From assembly GCA_017410365.1 (NCBI GenBank), contig JAFQQY010000049.1:10443-74442 (forward strand): DNA of 64,000 nt. The letters are read 5' to 3'. The translations under genes and the position numbers were made by a program. Source of the DNA: Prevotella sp. Lineage in GTDB: Bacteria; Bacteroidota; Bacteroidia; Bacteroidales; Bacteroidaceae. A model generated the notes under the pieces. The model had not been told where the DNA came from and searched no databases. It worked only from the letters and a program-made list of their open reading frames with translations. This document shows positions 29,978 to 40,200 of the stretch, in pieces; position 1 is the first letter of the stretch, and each line of letters starts with the position of its first letter.

Positions 29978-32900
29978 ATGAAACGCAGTGCAACCCTTTT
30001 AGTATTGTTGTGCGTGGCGCTGGGAGCGATGGCGCAGAACGAGGCAAAGCCATGGACATTCTGGTACTGGATGTACGGAGCTGTGAGCAAGGAAGGCATC
30101 AAGGCCGATGTTAAGGCTATGAAGGATGCCGGACTGGGCGGTTTCTATCTGATGCCTATCCGCGGAACAGGTGAGAAACCTGAGTATGGCGGCAAGGCGC
30201 AGCAGCTCACTCCTGAGTTCTGGGAGGTGGTGGACTATGCCATGCAGCAAGCCGACTCGCTCGGGCTGGAAGTCGGCATACATGTGTGCGACGGATTTGC
30301 CTTAGCTGGAGGTCCGTGGATAAAGCCGGAGGAATCGATGCAGCACGTAGTGTTTACAGACACTATCGTTGCAGGTGGAAAGATAAATATGAAGCTCCGA
30401 CAGCCAACAACACGAGAGAATTACTATAAGGATATTGCATGCTATGCTATGCCTATGAAGGACTATAAGCCTATAGGCGAAGCTAAAATAACCTTCTCTG
30501 AAAGTTTTACTTGCGATGAAAAAGGTGTCTATAGAGCTAACAATCCGGGATGGATACAGTTGGAATATAAAGAACCGACAACGGTTAGAAGCATCGAAAT
30601 TGTGCCAAGCGGAAACAATCTGCAGTCGCAGCGCTTACTGGTGCAGGCTAGCATCGATGGTAAGACATTCAGCAATGTGCGCCAGTTGACACCACCACGT
30701 CAAGGGTGGCAGAACACAGGATTCAACTATACATATTCTATTCCGGCAACAACAGCAAAGTATTTCCGTTTCCAATGGACTCCAGAGGGAACAGAACCGG
30801 GTGCAGAGGATTTGGATGCGGCTAAATGGAAAGCAAATCTGAAACTGAAGAAGATTAATATGTATGCCTATTCACAGATAAGCGGATGGGAAGGCAAGTC
30901 GGGAGCTGTGTGGCGTATAGCAGAAGAGACGCCGGCTGGCGATATTGCCGCTGCCGACTGCTATAAGATTAAGGACATGATAATGCTGAAGGTGGATGCT
31001 GACGGTAGAGTGAGCACCACTCTGCCTGAAGGCATATGGCGAATACTACGCATAGGCCATACTTCTACTGGACACACTAACGCTACTGCAGGTGGCGGTA
31101 AGGGACTGGAATGTGACAAGTTTTCAAGAGCTGCTGTCAACAAGCAGATAGACAACTGGTTTGTCAAGTTTACCCATCGCAAGTATTCTAAGGTAGTGAA
31201 ATACTTGCACGTGGACAGTTGGGAGTGTGGTTCGCAGAACTGGAACGTCACCTTCGCTAAGGAGTTTAAGCGCCGTCGTGGTTACGACATCATTCCGTAT
31301 CTGCCGATAATGGCTGGTGTGCCAGTAGAGAGCATTGCAAAGAGTGAGGCTGTGCTTCGCGATGTGCGCCGAACAATTAACGACCTGATTAACGATGTGT
31401 TTTTCAGTACTGTTGGCCATAGAGCAAAGAACTTGGGCATGAAATTCTCTTCAGAGAGCGTTGCACCTACTATGATAAGCGACGGCATAGAGCATTATAA
31501 ATATGTTGACCTGCCAATGGGCGAGTACTGGCTCAACTCGCCGACACATGACAAGCCTAACGACATGCTCGATGCCATCAGCGGAGCACATACATATGGC
31601 AAGAATATTGTGCAGGCTGAAGGATTTACAGAGGTGAGAGGTGTATGGGATGAGCATCCTGCAATGATAAAGCCGCTGCTCGACCGCAACTTCGCCATAG
31701 GAATGAATAGATTGTTCTTCCATGTTAATACTCATAATCCATGGTTGGACCGCAAACCAGGAATGACACTCGACGGCATCGGCTTGTTCTTTCAGCGCGA
31801 TCAGATATGGATGCCGGAATCAAAGGCTTTTGTTGACTACATCACCCGTTGTCAGACTTTGTTGCAGAAAGGTCGGCCCGTTGCAGATATAGCAGTGTAC
31901 ACAGGCGATGAGATGCCAAATCGTTCGGTGTTGCCTGAGCGCCTTGTTTCAATGTTGCCAGGACTGTTTGGAGAGAAGCGTGTGAAATCGGAGGCCGCAC
32001 GTATGGCCAATGTTGGACAACCTATGGAAGAGAGTCCGGTGGGTGTCAGACATTCAGCCGGAATAGCAGACCCTAAGGATTGGATTAATCCGCTGAATGG
32101 CTATCAGTACGACTCCTTCAATCCTGATGTTCTGCTCAATTCGGCATCTGTAAAGAACAATAATATAGTTCTGCCAAATGGTGCTACATACAGAGTGCTG
32201 GTAGTGCCGCAAGACAAGATGGTGAGCGATGAGGCGAGAAGAAAGATAGATAATCTGAGAAGAAACGGAGTTGCTGTTATAGATAGTCCGTTTGCTGCCG
32301 GAACTCTTGCACAGTATGGAGTGGAGCGTGACGTAATGCTTCCGGAAGGAATAGCATACACGCATCGTACTGCAAATGATATGGAGATATATTTCATAGC
32401 CAATCAGAAAGAAGAGGCACGTTCGTTTAGGGCATCTTTCAGAGTTGGTGGCATGACTCCGGTTGTTTATCTGCCAGTAACAGACGAGTATTTGAAGGCA
32501 GATGCCAAGGCTGCAGGTACTCGAACAGAAGTTAATATAACATTGCCGGCATGCGGTTCTGCATTTGTATTGTTCTACAAGGGCAATATTCCAGATGATA
32601 TTCAGAAACAGGCAGAAGTAGACAGCCATTTGTTGGCGAAGAACGAACCTCTGAAGATAAAGGAATGGAATATTACGTTCAGAGAGAATAATGTGCAGAT
32701 GGTTAGCGATGTTCTTTTCGATTGGAGTAAGTCGGACAACGACAAGATAAAGTTCTTCAGCGGACATGCATCATACACAACAACATTCAAGCACAAGGGC
32801 AAACCAAAGGGCAAGGCTTTGCTTACATTGGGCGAGGTGAACAATATCGCTCATGTGTGGATCAATGGTGTTGACTGTGGTATAGTGTGGACTGCGCCTT

Positions 32901-33103
32901 ACGAGATCGACATCACAAGGGCATTAAAGAAGGGAAAGAATACCTTGCGTATTGATGTTGTCAACACATGGGCTAACGCTCTTCGCGGTGCTGATAACGG
33001 CAAGGCACCTTATGATGGTATCTGGACTAATGCCAAGTATCGTATGAAAGGCGATGAATTGCTGCCAGCCGGCCTTATAGGTCCTATCGGATTGAAGAAA
33101 TAA
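29978..33103 (+). CDS. GH106 alpha-L-rhamnosidase
   Basis: AKPWTFWYWMYG, GGKGLECDKF, HVDSWECGSQNW, DLPMGEYW, AEGFT. Confidence 0.9.
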   Translation: MKRSATLLVLLCVALGAMAQNEAKPWTFWYWMYGAVSKEGIKADVKAMKDAGLGGFYLMPIRGTGEKPEYGGKAQQLTPEFWEVVDYAMQQADSLGLEVGIHVCDGFALAGGPWIKPEESMQHVVFTDTIVAGGKINMKLRQPTTRENYYKDIACYAMPMKDYKPIGEAKITFSESFTCDEKGVYRANNPGWIQLEYKEPTTVRSIEIVPSGNNLQSQRLLVQASIDGKTFSNVRQLTPPRQGWQNTGFNYTYSIPATTAKYFRFQWTPEGTEPGAEDLDAAKWKANLKLKKINMYAYSQISGWEGKSGAVWRIAEETPAGDIAAADCYKIKDMIMLKVDADGRVSTTLPEGIWRILRIGHTSTGHTNATAGGGKGLECDKFSRAAVNKQIDNWFVKFTHRKYSKVVKYLHVDSWECGSQNWNVTFAKEFKRRRGYDIIPYLPIMAGVPVESIAKSEAVLRDVRRTINDLINDVFFSTVGHRAKNLGMKFSSESVAPTMISDGIEHYKYVDLPMGEYWLNSPTHDKPNDMLDAISGAHTYGKNIVQAEGFTEVRGVWDEHPAMIKPLLDRNFAIGMNRLFFHVNTHNPWLDRKPGMTLDGIGLFFQRDQIWMPESKAFVDYITRCQTLLQKGRPVADIAVYTGDEMPNRSVLPERLVSMLPGLFGEKRVKSEAARMANVGQPMEESPVGVRHSAGIADPKDWINPLNGYQYDSFNPDVLLNSASVKNNNIVLPNGATYRVLVVPQDKMVSDEARRKIDNLRRNGVAVIDSPFAAGTLAQYGVERDVMLPEGIAYTHRTANDMEIYFIANQKEEARSFRASFRVGGMTPVVYLPVTDEYLKADAKAAGTRTEVNITLPACGSAFVLFYKGNIPDDIQKQAEVDSHLLAKNEPLKIKEWNITFRENNVQMVSDVLFDWSKSDNDKIKFFSGHASYTTTFKHKGKPKGKALLTLGEVNNIAHVWINGVDCGIVWTAPYEIDITRALKKGKNTLRIDVVNTWANALRGADNGKAPYDGIWTNAKYRMKGDELLPAGLIGPIGLKK

Positions 33104-33112
33104 AAAATAAAT

Positions 33113-34528
33113 ATGAAAAAAATACTAATAGCCATTTGTGCCTTGATGGGCATTGGCAATGCCATTCAGGCAGAAGTGAAGTTGCCGAAGTTCTTCAGCG
33201 ACAACATGGTGCTGCAGCAACAGACAGAATGTAACCTGTGGGGAACGGCTGAAGCAGGCAAGACCGTTGTGGTCAACACCTCTTGGGACAACAAGACATA
33301 TAAGGTTAAGGCGGCAGCTGGTGACGGTAGGTTTGAGTTGAAGGTGACAACACCTGCTGCCGGCGGACCATACGATATTACCTTCGACGACGGTACAAAG
33401 CACACCTTGAGCAATGTTCTTGTTGGTGAGGTATGGATATGCAGCGGTCAGTCAAACATGGAGATGCAGATGAAGGGATTCAAGATGCAGCCTGTTGAGG
33501 GAACAACTGAGGAACTGCTGCGTTGCAAGGACAAGAATCTGCGCCTCTTCACTGTCAAGCGCAAGGCTTCGCTTGCTCCCCTTGACGATGTTACGGGACA
33601 GTGGAATGAGGCAGATGCTGCCAGTGTTCGCGACTTTTCTGCCACAGCATATTACTTCGGTCGTGCTCTGCGAATGCAGTTAGACGTGCCTGTCGGGCTG
33701 ATAGTTACAGCTTGGGGCGGTTCGGCATGCGAGGCATGGATGAAGGCCGACTGGCTGAAGGCATTCCCCAAAGTAACGCTTCCACAGTCGGATGCCGACA
33801 TGAAGAAGTTGCAGCAGCGTTGTCCTACCGCATTGTACAACGGTCAGATGAATCCGCTTGTAGGTTATTCCATGCGCGGTGCGATATGGTATCAGGGCGA
33901 AGACAATGTTACTCGTGCCGACTATTATGCCGACCTGATGGCAGCGATGGTGAAGGGATGGCGCAGTGAGTGGAAGCAGGGCGATTTCCCGTTCTATTAC
34001 TGTCAGATAGCACCTTATGACTATTCGCTCATTAAGTGGGAGCAGTACAACAGTGCCTACCTTCGTGAGCAGCAGGCAAAGGCAGAAACACTGATACCCA
34101 ATGCCCGAATGGCGGTGCTGATGGATGCAGGACTGGAATACGGAATACATCCCCGCAAGAAGCGTGAGGCTGGCGAGCGCATGGCTCTCCTTGCCTTGGC
34201 AAACACATACGGCGTGAAAGGAATGCCCGACTTTGCCGTTTATAAGTCGGTAGAGTTTAAGGGTGATACGGCAGTTGTTTCCTTTGACCGTTCCAAGGAA
34301 TGGGTATATTTTGAGAATGGCACCACGTCAGAACTCTTTGAGGTGGCGGGCAGTGACAAGGTGTTCCATCCTGCAACGAAAGTGTGGATAGAGCGTAACC
34401 GAGTATATGTTAAGTGTGACAAGGTGAAGCAACCGGCAGCTATCCGCTATGCTTTCAAAGACTGGGCGCAGGGCGACCTGATGCACGACGGCCTGCCTGT
34501 ATCATCGTTTAGGACGGATAGTTGGTAG
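33113..34528 (+). CDS. SASA / sialate O-acetylesterase-family carbohydrate esterase
   Basis: GEVWICSGQSNM, WGGS, WYQGEDN, IHPRKK. Confidence 0.92.
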   Translation: MKKILIAICALMGIGNAIQAEVKLPKFFSDNMVLQQQTECNLWGTAEAGKTVVVNTSWDNKTYKVKAAAGDGRFELKVTTPAAGGPYDITFDDGTKHTLSNVLVGEVWICSGQSNMEMQMKGFKMQPVEGTTEELLRCKDKNLRLFTVKRKASLAPLDDVTGQWNEADAASVRDFSATAYYFGRALRMQLDVPVGLIVTAWGGSACEAWMKADWLKAFPKVTLPQSDADMKKLQQRCPTALYNGQMNPLVGYSMRGAIWYQGEDNVTRADYYADLMAAMVKGWRSEWKQGDFPFYYCQIAPYDYSLIKWEQYNSAYLREQQAKAETLIPNARMAVLMDAGLEYGIHPRKKREAGERMALLALANTYGVKGMPDFAVYKSVEFKGDTAVVSFDRSKEWVYFENGTTSELFEVAGSDKVFHPATKVWIERNRVYVKCDKVKQPAAIRYAFKDWAQGDLMHDGLPVSSFRTDSW

Positions 34529-34539
34529 GGGAGACCTTT

Positions 34540-34609
34540 TAGGAAAACCTAGGAGAACTTAGGAACGCCTAGGAGAACCTAGGAAATCCTAGGAAGCCCT
34601 AGGAAAACT
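34540..34609. repeat. Decamer tandem repeat, TAGGA core, 7 units
   Basis: taggaaaacc taggagaact taggaacgcc taggagaacc taggaaatcc taggaagccc taggaaaact. Confidence 0.88.
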
Positions 34610-34631
34610 TACACTCCTTAAAAAAAGAATT

Positions 34632-37199
34632 ATGAAAAAACTAATTATAGCATTGCTTTCGCTGATAGCATTAACGGCGAATGCGAAGATTGAGACATCT
34701 GTGGCTGGATTCTTCCCGTTGGAGAACAGTGGCAGAATGGTGTGGAACTTTAACCCTGAGTGGCGTTTTCATCTTGGTGATGCAGCAGGGGCAGAGGCAG
34801 TTGTCTTCGACGACTCGGCATGGGATGTGGTGAGCACTCCGCACACTGCAAAGCTTTTGCCTGCTGAAGGCAGCGGATGCCGCAACTACCAGGGCATAGT
34901 GTGGTACAGAAAGCATTTCGTTATGCCTAAGGAGACCGAAGGCAGATGTGTTACCCTGCACTTCGAGGCTATCATGGGCAAGCAGAAACTCTATGTCAAC
35001 GGTAAGTTAGTCAAGGAGCACGAGGGCGGTTACGAACCAATAACCATCGACCTCTCGGCACAAGGCGTGAAGGCCGGTGACAAGTGTGTTGTGGCAGTGA
35101 TGGCCGACAATAGCAACGATAAGACCTTCCCTCCGGGCAAACCACAATATACCCTCGACTTCACATATCACGGCGGAATATACCGCGATGTGTGGATGAT
35201 AGCTAAGAACACCGTTCATATCACCGATGCTGTTGAGGCAGGAAAGGTGGCTGGCGGCGGAATCTTCGTACATTATAATGATATGTCGGCGGATTACGTT
35301 GAGGTATTGGTCAACACTGAGGTTTGCAATAGCGGTAAGACACCACGCACCGTTACGGTTGAGACCACCCTTCTCGACATCAATAAGAAGCAGTCGTCAA
35401 AAGTCAGTCTTGCTCCGGGCGAGGCAAAGACAGTTGTTCAGAAGATAAAGGTGAAGAATCCAAGACTCTGGTCGCCTGAGACTCCATCTCTCTACCGTCT
35501 GGCATCACGCATAAAGAGTGGCAAGACATCGCTCGACGGAGGACTTACCAAGATAGGAATACGCGGTTTCGAGTTCAAGGGCGAGGATGGCTTCTGGCTC
35601 AACGGCAAGCGCTATCATCAGTTGGTAGGTGCCAACCGTCATCAGGACTTTGCCTATGTGGGCAATGCCGTTCCCAATAGTCAGCAGTGGCGTGACGCCA
35701 AACGTCTGCGCGATGCCGGCTTTACCATCATCCGCGTGGCACATTATCCTATGGACCCTGCCTTTATGGATGCCTGCGACGAACTCGGTCTGTTCGTTAT
35801 CGTGGCTACTCCAGGCTGGCAATATTGGAACAAGGACCCAAAGTTTGCCGAGAAGGTACAGCAGAACACACGCAATATAATACGCCGAGACCGCAATCAC
35901 CCTTCAGTGCTGATGTGGGAACCGATATTGAACGAGACCCGTTTCCCGCTTAATTTCTCGCTCGAAGCATTGCAGATAACAAAGGACGAATATCCTTATC
36001 CTTACCGTCCTGTGGCTGCTGCCGATGTACACTCTGCTGGCGTAGCCGACAACTATGACGTGGTTTACGGTTGGCCAGGCGACGACTTCAAGGCCGACAA
36101 GCCGAAGCAGTGCATCTTTACACGCGAGTTTGGCGAACTGGTTGATGACTGGTATGCCCATAACAATCTGAACCGTGCCAGTCGCAGTTGGGGCGAGAAA
36201 CCACAGTTGGTGCAGGCCATGTCGCTGGCAAAGAGCTGCGATGAACTCTTTAATACCACAGGACAGTTTATCGGCGGTTGCCAGTGGCATCCGTTTGACC
36301 ACCAGCGCGGCTATCATCCTGACCCATATTGGGGCGGTATCTACGATGCCTTCCGGCAGAAGAAGACAGCCTTCTATATGTTCAACAGTCAGAATCCTGC
36401 ATCAACAGGACCGATGGTGCATATTGCCCACGAAATGACACAGTTCAGCGATGCCGATGTGGTGGTGTTCTCTAATTGTGACAGCGTAAGACTGAGCATC
36501 TACGACGGCACTAAGACATGGACATTGCCAGTGAAGCATGAGGCAGGCCACATGCCAAACCAGCCCGTTATATTCCCTGACGTGTGGAATTTCTGGGAAG
36601 CGCGCGAACTGAGCTACACGCAGAAGAACTGGCAGAAGGTGAACATGGTGGCAGAGGGAATCATCAACGGCGAGGTTGTGTGCACCATGAAGAAGATGCC
36701 TTCACGCCGAAGCACCAAACTGCGCCTTTACGTTGACCACATGGACAAGCAACTTGTTGCCGACGGCAGCGACTTCGTGGTCGTTGTGGCAGAGGTTACC
36801 GACGATAGCGGCAACACACGACGCATGGCAAAAGAGAATATCCTCTTCACCATTGAGGGCGAGGGCGAGATTATCGGCGATGCCTCTATATGTGCCAATC
36901 CGCGTGCGGTAGAGTGGGGAAGTGCCCCAATCCTCGTGCGCAGCACACGCAATGCTGGCAAGATAAAGATTAAGGCCGAGGTGCAGTTCCCAGGCACTCA
37001 CGCACCGACACCTGCCGAGATAGAGTTTGAGAGCGTGCCTGCCGACCTGCCAATGTGTTTCATCGAGCAGCAGACAACAAAGAATGCTGTACAGAAAACC
37101 GCAAAGGCGGCCAAGGGCAGCGACCTTACTGAAGAGCAGAAGGCAAAGCTTCTAAAGGAAGTGGAGCAGCAGCAGGCTGACTTTGGTATTCAGAAATAA
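34632..37199 (+). CDS. GH2 glycoside hydrolase
   Basis: YHGGIYRDVW, LWSPETPSLY, GANRHQD, RDRNHPSVLMWEPILNE, TREFG. Confidence 0.93.
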   Translation: MKKLIIALLSLIALTANAKIETSVAGFFPLENSGRMVWNFNPEWRFHLGDAAGAEAVVFDDSAWDVVSTPHTAKLLPAEGSGCRNYQGIVWYRKHFVMPKETEGRCVTLHFEAIMGKQKLYVNGKLVKEHEGGYEPITIDLSAQGVKAGDKCVVAVMADNSNDKTFPPGKPQYTLDFTYHGGIYRDVWMIAKNTVHITDAVEAGKVAGGGIFVHYNDMSADYVEVLVNTEVCNSGKTPRTVTVETTLLDINKKQSSKVSLAPGEAKTVVQKIKVKNPRLWSPETPSLYRLASRIKSGKTSLDGGLTKIGIRGFEFKGEDGFWLNGKRYHQLVGANRHQDFAYVGNAVPNSQQWRDAKRLRDAGFTIIRVAHYPMDPAFMDACDELGLFVIVATPGWQYWNKDPKFAEKVQQNTRNIIRRDRNHPSVLMWEPILNETRFPLNFSLEALQITKDEYPYPYRPVAAADVHSAGVADNYDVVYGWPGDDFKADKPKQCIFTREFGELVDDWYAHNNLNRASRSWGEKPQLVQAMSLAKSCDELFNTTGQFIGGCQWHPFDHQRGYHPDPYWGGIYDAFRQKKTAFYMFNSQNPASTGPMVHIAHEMTQFSDADVVVFSNCDSVRLSIYDGTKTWTLPVKHEAGHMPNQPVIFPDVWNFWEARELSYTQKNWQKVNMVAEGIINGEVVCTMKKMPSRRSTKLRLYVDHMDKQLVADGSDFVVVVAEVTDDSGNTRRMAKENILFTIEGEGEIIGDASICANPRAVEWGSAPILVRSTRNAGKIKIKAEVQFPGTHAPTPAEIEFESVPADLPMCFIEQQTTKNAVQKTAKAAKGSDLTEEQKAKLLKEVEQQQADFGIQK

Positions 37200-37244
37200 A
37201 AGAGTCTCGAACCTGTTGGCGGTTACTAACAAAGAATCTATGTA

Positions 37245-40200
37245 ATGAAAATAATGAGAGTCATGCGACTGACACTTCTCTTCATTCCCCTGCTGCTGGC
37301 ATTTTCTATGCCGGTGGCAGGGGAATCTTTGTCAGAACAGATTCTTGTGGAGCATTACTCTACCGTTCAGGGACTGCCCAACAACACCGTTTACAGTTCG
37401 CTGAAAGACCGCGACGGTTTTATGTGGTTCGGTACATGGTACGGACTCTGCCGTTTCGACGGAGCCCGGTTCCAGACCTACAACCAGAAGACCAAGCCCG
37501 GTTCCGATATACCTCCGCGCAAGATACAGACCGTGGCAGAAGACAGCAATGGCAACCTGTGGTTGAAGACTGCCGACATGAAGCTTTATGTCTTTTATCG
37601 TGAGACCGAAGTGTTCCATTCTGTCTATGAAGAGATAAAGCCTTTTTCCGTCAATCTGCAGGTAATAAAGATACAGCCAACAGCCGACGGCAATATGCTT
37701 TTGCTTACCAAAGACAAGATATTGCTGCTTGCCGGTACGGAGAAAGACGGCAAGATATGGCTCAGAATGCTTTTCGACTCCCGAGGCAAGATCAATCCGT
37801 ATAGTTTTCAGCTGAACTATAACGTGCTCAGCGAAACCAAGGACTATCTTTCTTGGATTGCTAAGGACTTCAATATCATATCCATTGCCAAGGGCACGGC
37901 GTTGAAGTCGGTTCCCGAAGATTATGTAAGCAGGTATGTTGCTTCTGATAGAGAACTCCTATGTGCCAGTTCCAATGGCAGTAAGATGTATATAGGTGAT
38001 GACGGCGGCAACATCTTTGTCATAGATGTAGAAGGCGGTCACATACAGAAGTTCTGCTTGCAAGAGCAGTCGGCAGTCCGCATCATCCAGAGCGACCGCA
38101 TAGGCAATATATATGCCATCACCGACAGAGGCACGGTATATGAGTGCAAGAACGGCAGCGACGAACCCAAGCGTCTGCCTTTCACGTTAAGCAGCGGCAA
38201 GGCAAAATACATGCTCTGCGACATGTATGACAAACTCTGGATTTACGAAAGTGGCGCATCGCTGATATGCTACGACCCGCAACAGCGGCAGCATCAGCGT
38301 TATCCGCTTAGATATAAAGAAGATTTCATACCTGAGTTGTGTATGGAGGAAAAAGGAGAGCAGGGCATGTTCTTCCTTACCCCGGCAGGCGAGGCATTGT
38401 TTTTCGACAGAAACAGTAGCACGATGCACAGCATAAGTGAGGAAGCCAAGCATCCTGAGGACGCAAAGGAACTGCATTTCTCCCATATTTACATGGATCG
38501 CGACGGTCTGGTGTGGCTGTCATCGACAAACAACGGAATATATCGGCTCAATTTCCCCAAACAGCAGTTCCGTCTCCAACCGTTGCCCAACAACGACCTT
38601 AGCGGTGTTCGCTGCATCTTCCAGATGAAAAGCGGAGACATATTGGTTGGTTCACGCAGTCGTGATGTCTATATCTACAGTCCTGACGGCAGGCTCGTGG
38701 ATGTCCTGCCATACAACAGGTATCATATCGGTGCTGTCTATTATGCCATGGAAGACAACATGGGCAACCTGTGGCTATCAACAAAGGGCGACGGACTGGT
38801 GAAGATTTATGCAGACGCAAAGTCGCCGAATGGTTATCAGTATATACATTATAAGAGTGATATAGCCGACCCTGCCTCCATCAGCGGCAACAACGTATAT
38901 ACCACCTATATTGACTCGCACGGCAATTTCTGGGTAGGCACACTTGACGGAGGACTGAACCTAATGACGGAGCAGAACGGCAAGACCATATTCTATAATA
39001 AGAACAACGGCTTCGGCAACTACCCCGCCTACGGACTCTACACCGAGATAAGGAATATGGTGGAAGACGAGCATGGGCGACTGTGGATAGGTACTATCGA
39101 CGGACTGATGAGTATTGAAACTTCGTTTGACAATGCCGCCGACATAAAGTTTGAAACATATCGCCAGCAGGGTCGCACCACATTTGCCAACAGCGATGTC
39201 TATACCCTCTATAAAGACCGTCAGCAGCAGATCTGGGTTGGAGCCTTTGGCGGCGGACTGAATATCCTTACCGGTTATGATGCAAAGAACAAGATGCCTG
39301 AGTTCCAGTCGTTGGGCGAGCGCGACGGATTGAGAAACGATGTTATCCTCTCAATGACTGAAGACCGCTCCGGCATCATCTGGTTTGCTACCGAGGCTGG
39401 ACTCTCCTGCTATGACAAGCAGACGCGCCGCATACGCAATTTCGACAGATACGACGGCCTGCCTGTGCTCAAGATGGAAGAGACATCGGCAATGCTCAAC
39501 AGCAACGGACAGATATGGATGGGCAGTCAGCAGGGATTGCTCGTCTTCAATCCCGAACAGGTACAGACAAACAGTGCCGACTACCGCACATTCATAGTCG
39601 ATTTCAATGTCAACAACAGTCAGTCGTCTGCCGACAGCAGCATGACCGACATTCGTTCCATAAGTTATATTGACGGTGTGACGCTCGAACCCGACCAAGA
39701 GATATTTACGATTGAGTTCTCGGCGTTGAACTTCAAGAATTATGACAATGTAACCTATCGTTACCGACTTGACGGGTATGAGACCGAATGGCACTATAAC
39801 GGTGCCAACCGCATAGCCAGTTACACCAACCTGCCTTCAGGCACTTATACCTTCATCGTTGAGACAATCGATGAGTCAAACCCTACACTCACCTCGTCTG
39901 CCCAACTGAACATCAAGGTATTGCCGCCATGGTGGAAGAGCTGGTGGGCAGTGGTCATATACTGTCTTCTGAGCATGGCTCTGCTTTACGGTGCTATGCG
40001 CCTTATCCTTCTCATCATGCGCATGCGCAATGACGTGTATATAGGTCAGCGCTTGGCAGAACTGAAGATAAAGTTCTTCACCAATATCTCACATGAGTTG
40101 CGTACGCCGCTCACCCTCATTCAGGGTTCAATACAGGAATTGAAGAACGAACCAAGTCTCACCTACAGAGGTACCGAGTATGTGAGCATGATGGACAAGA

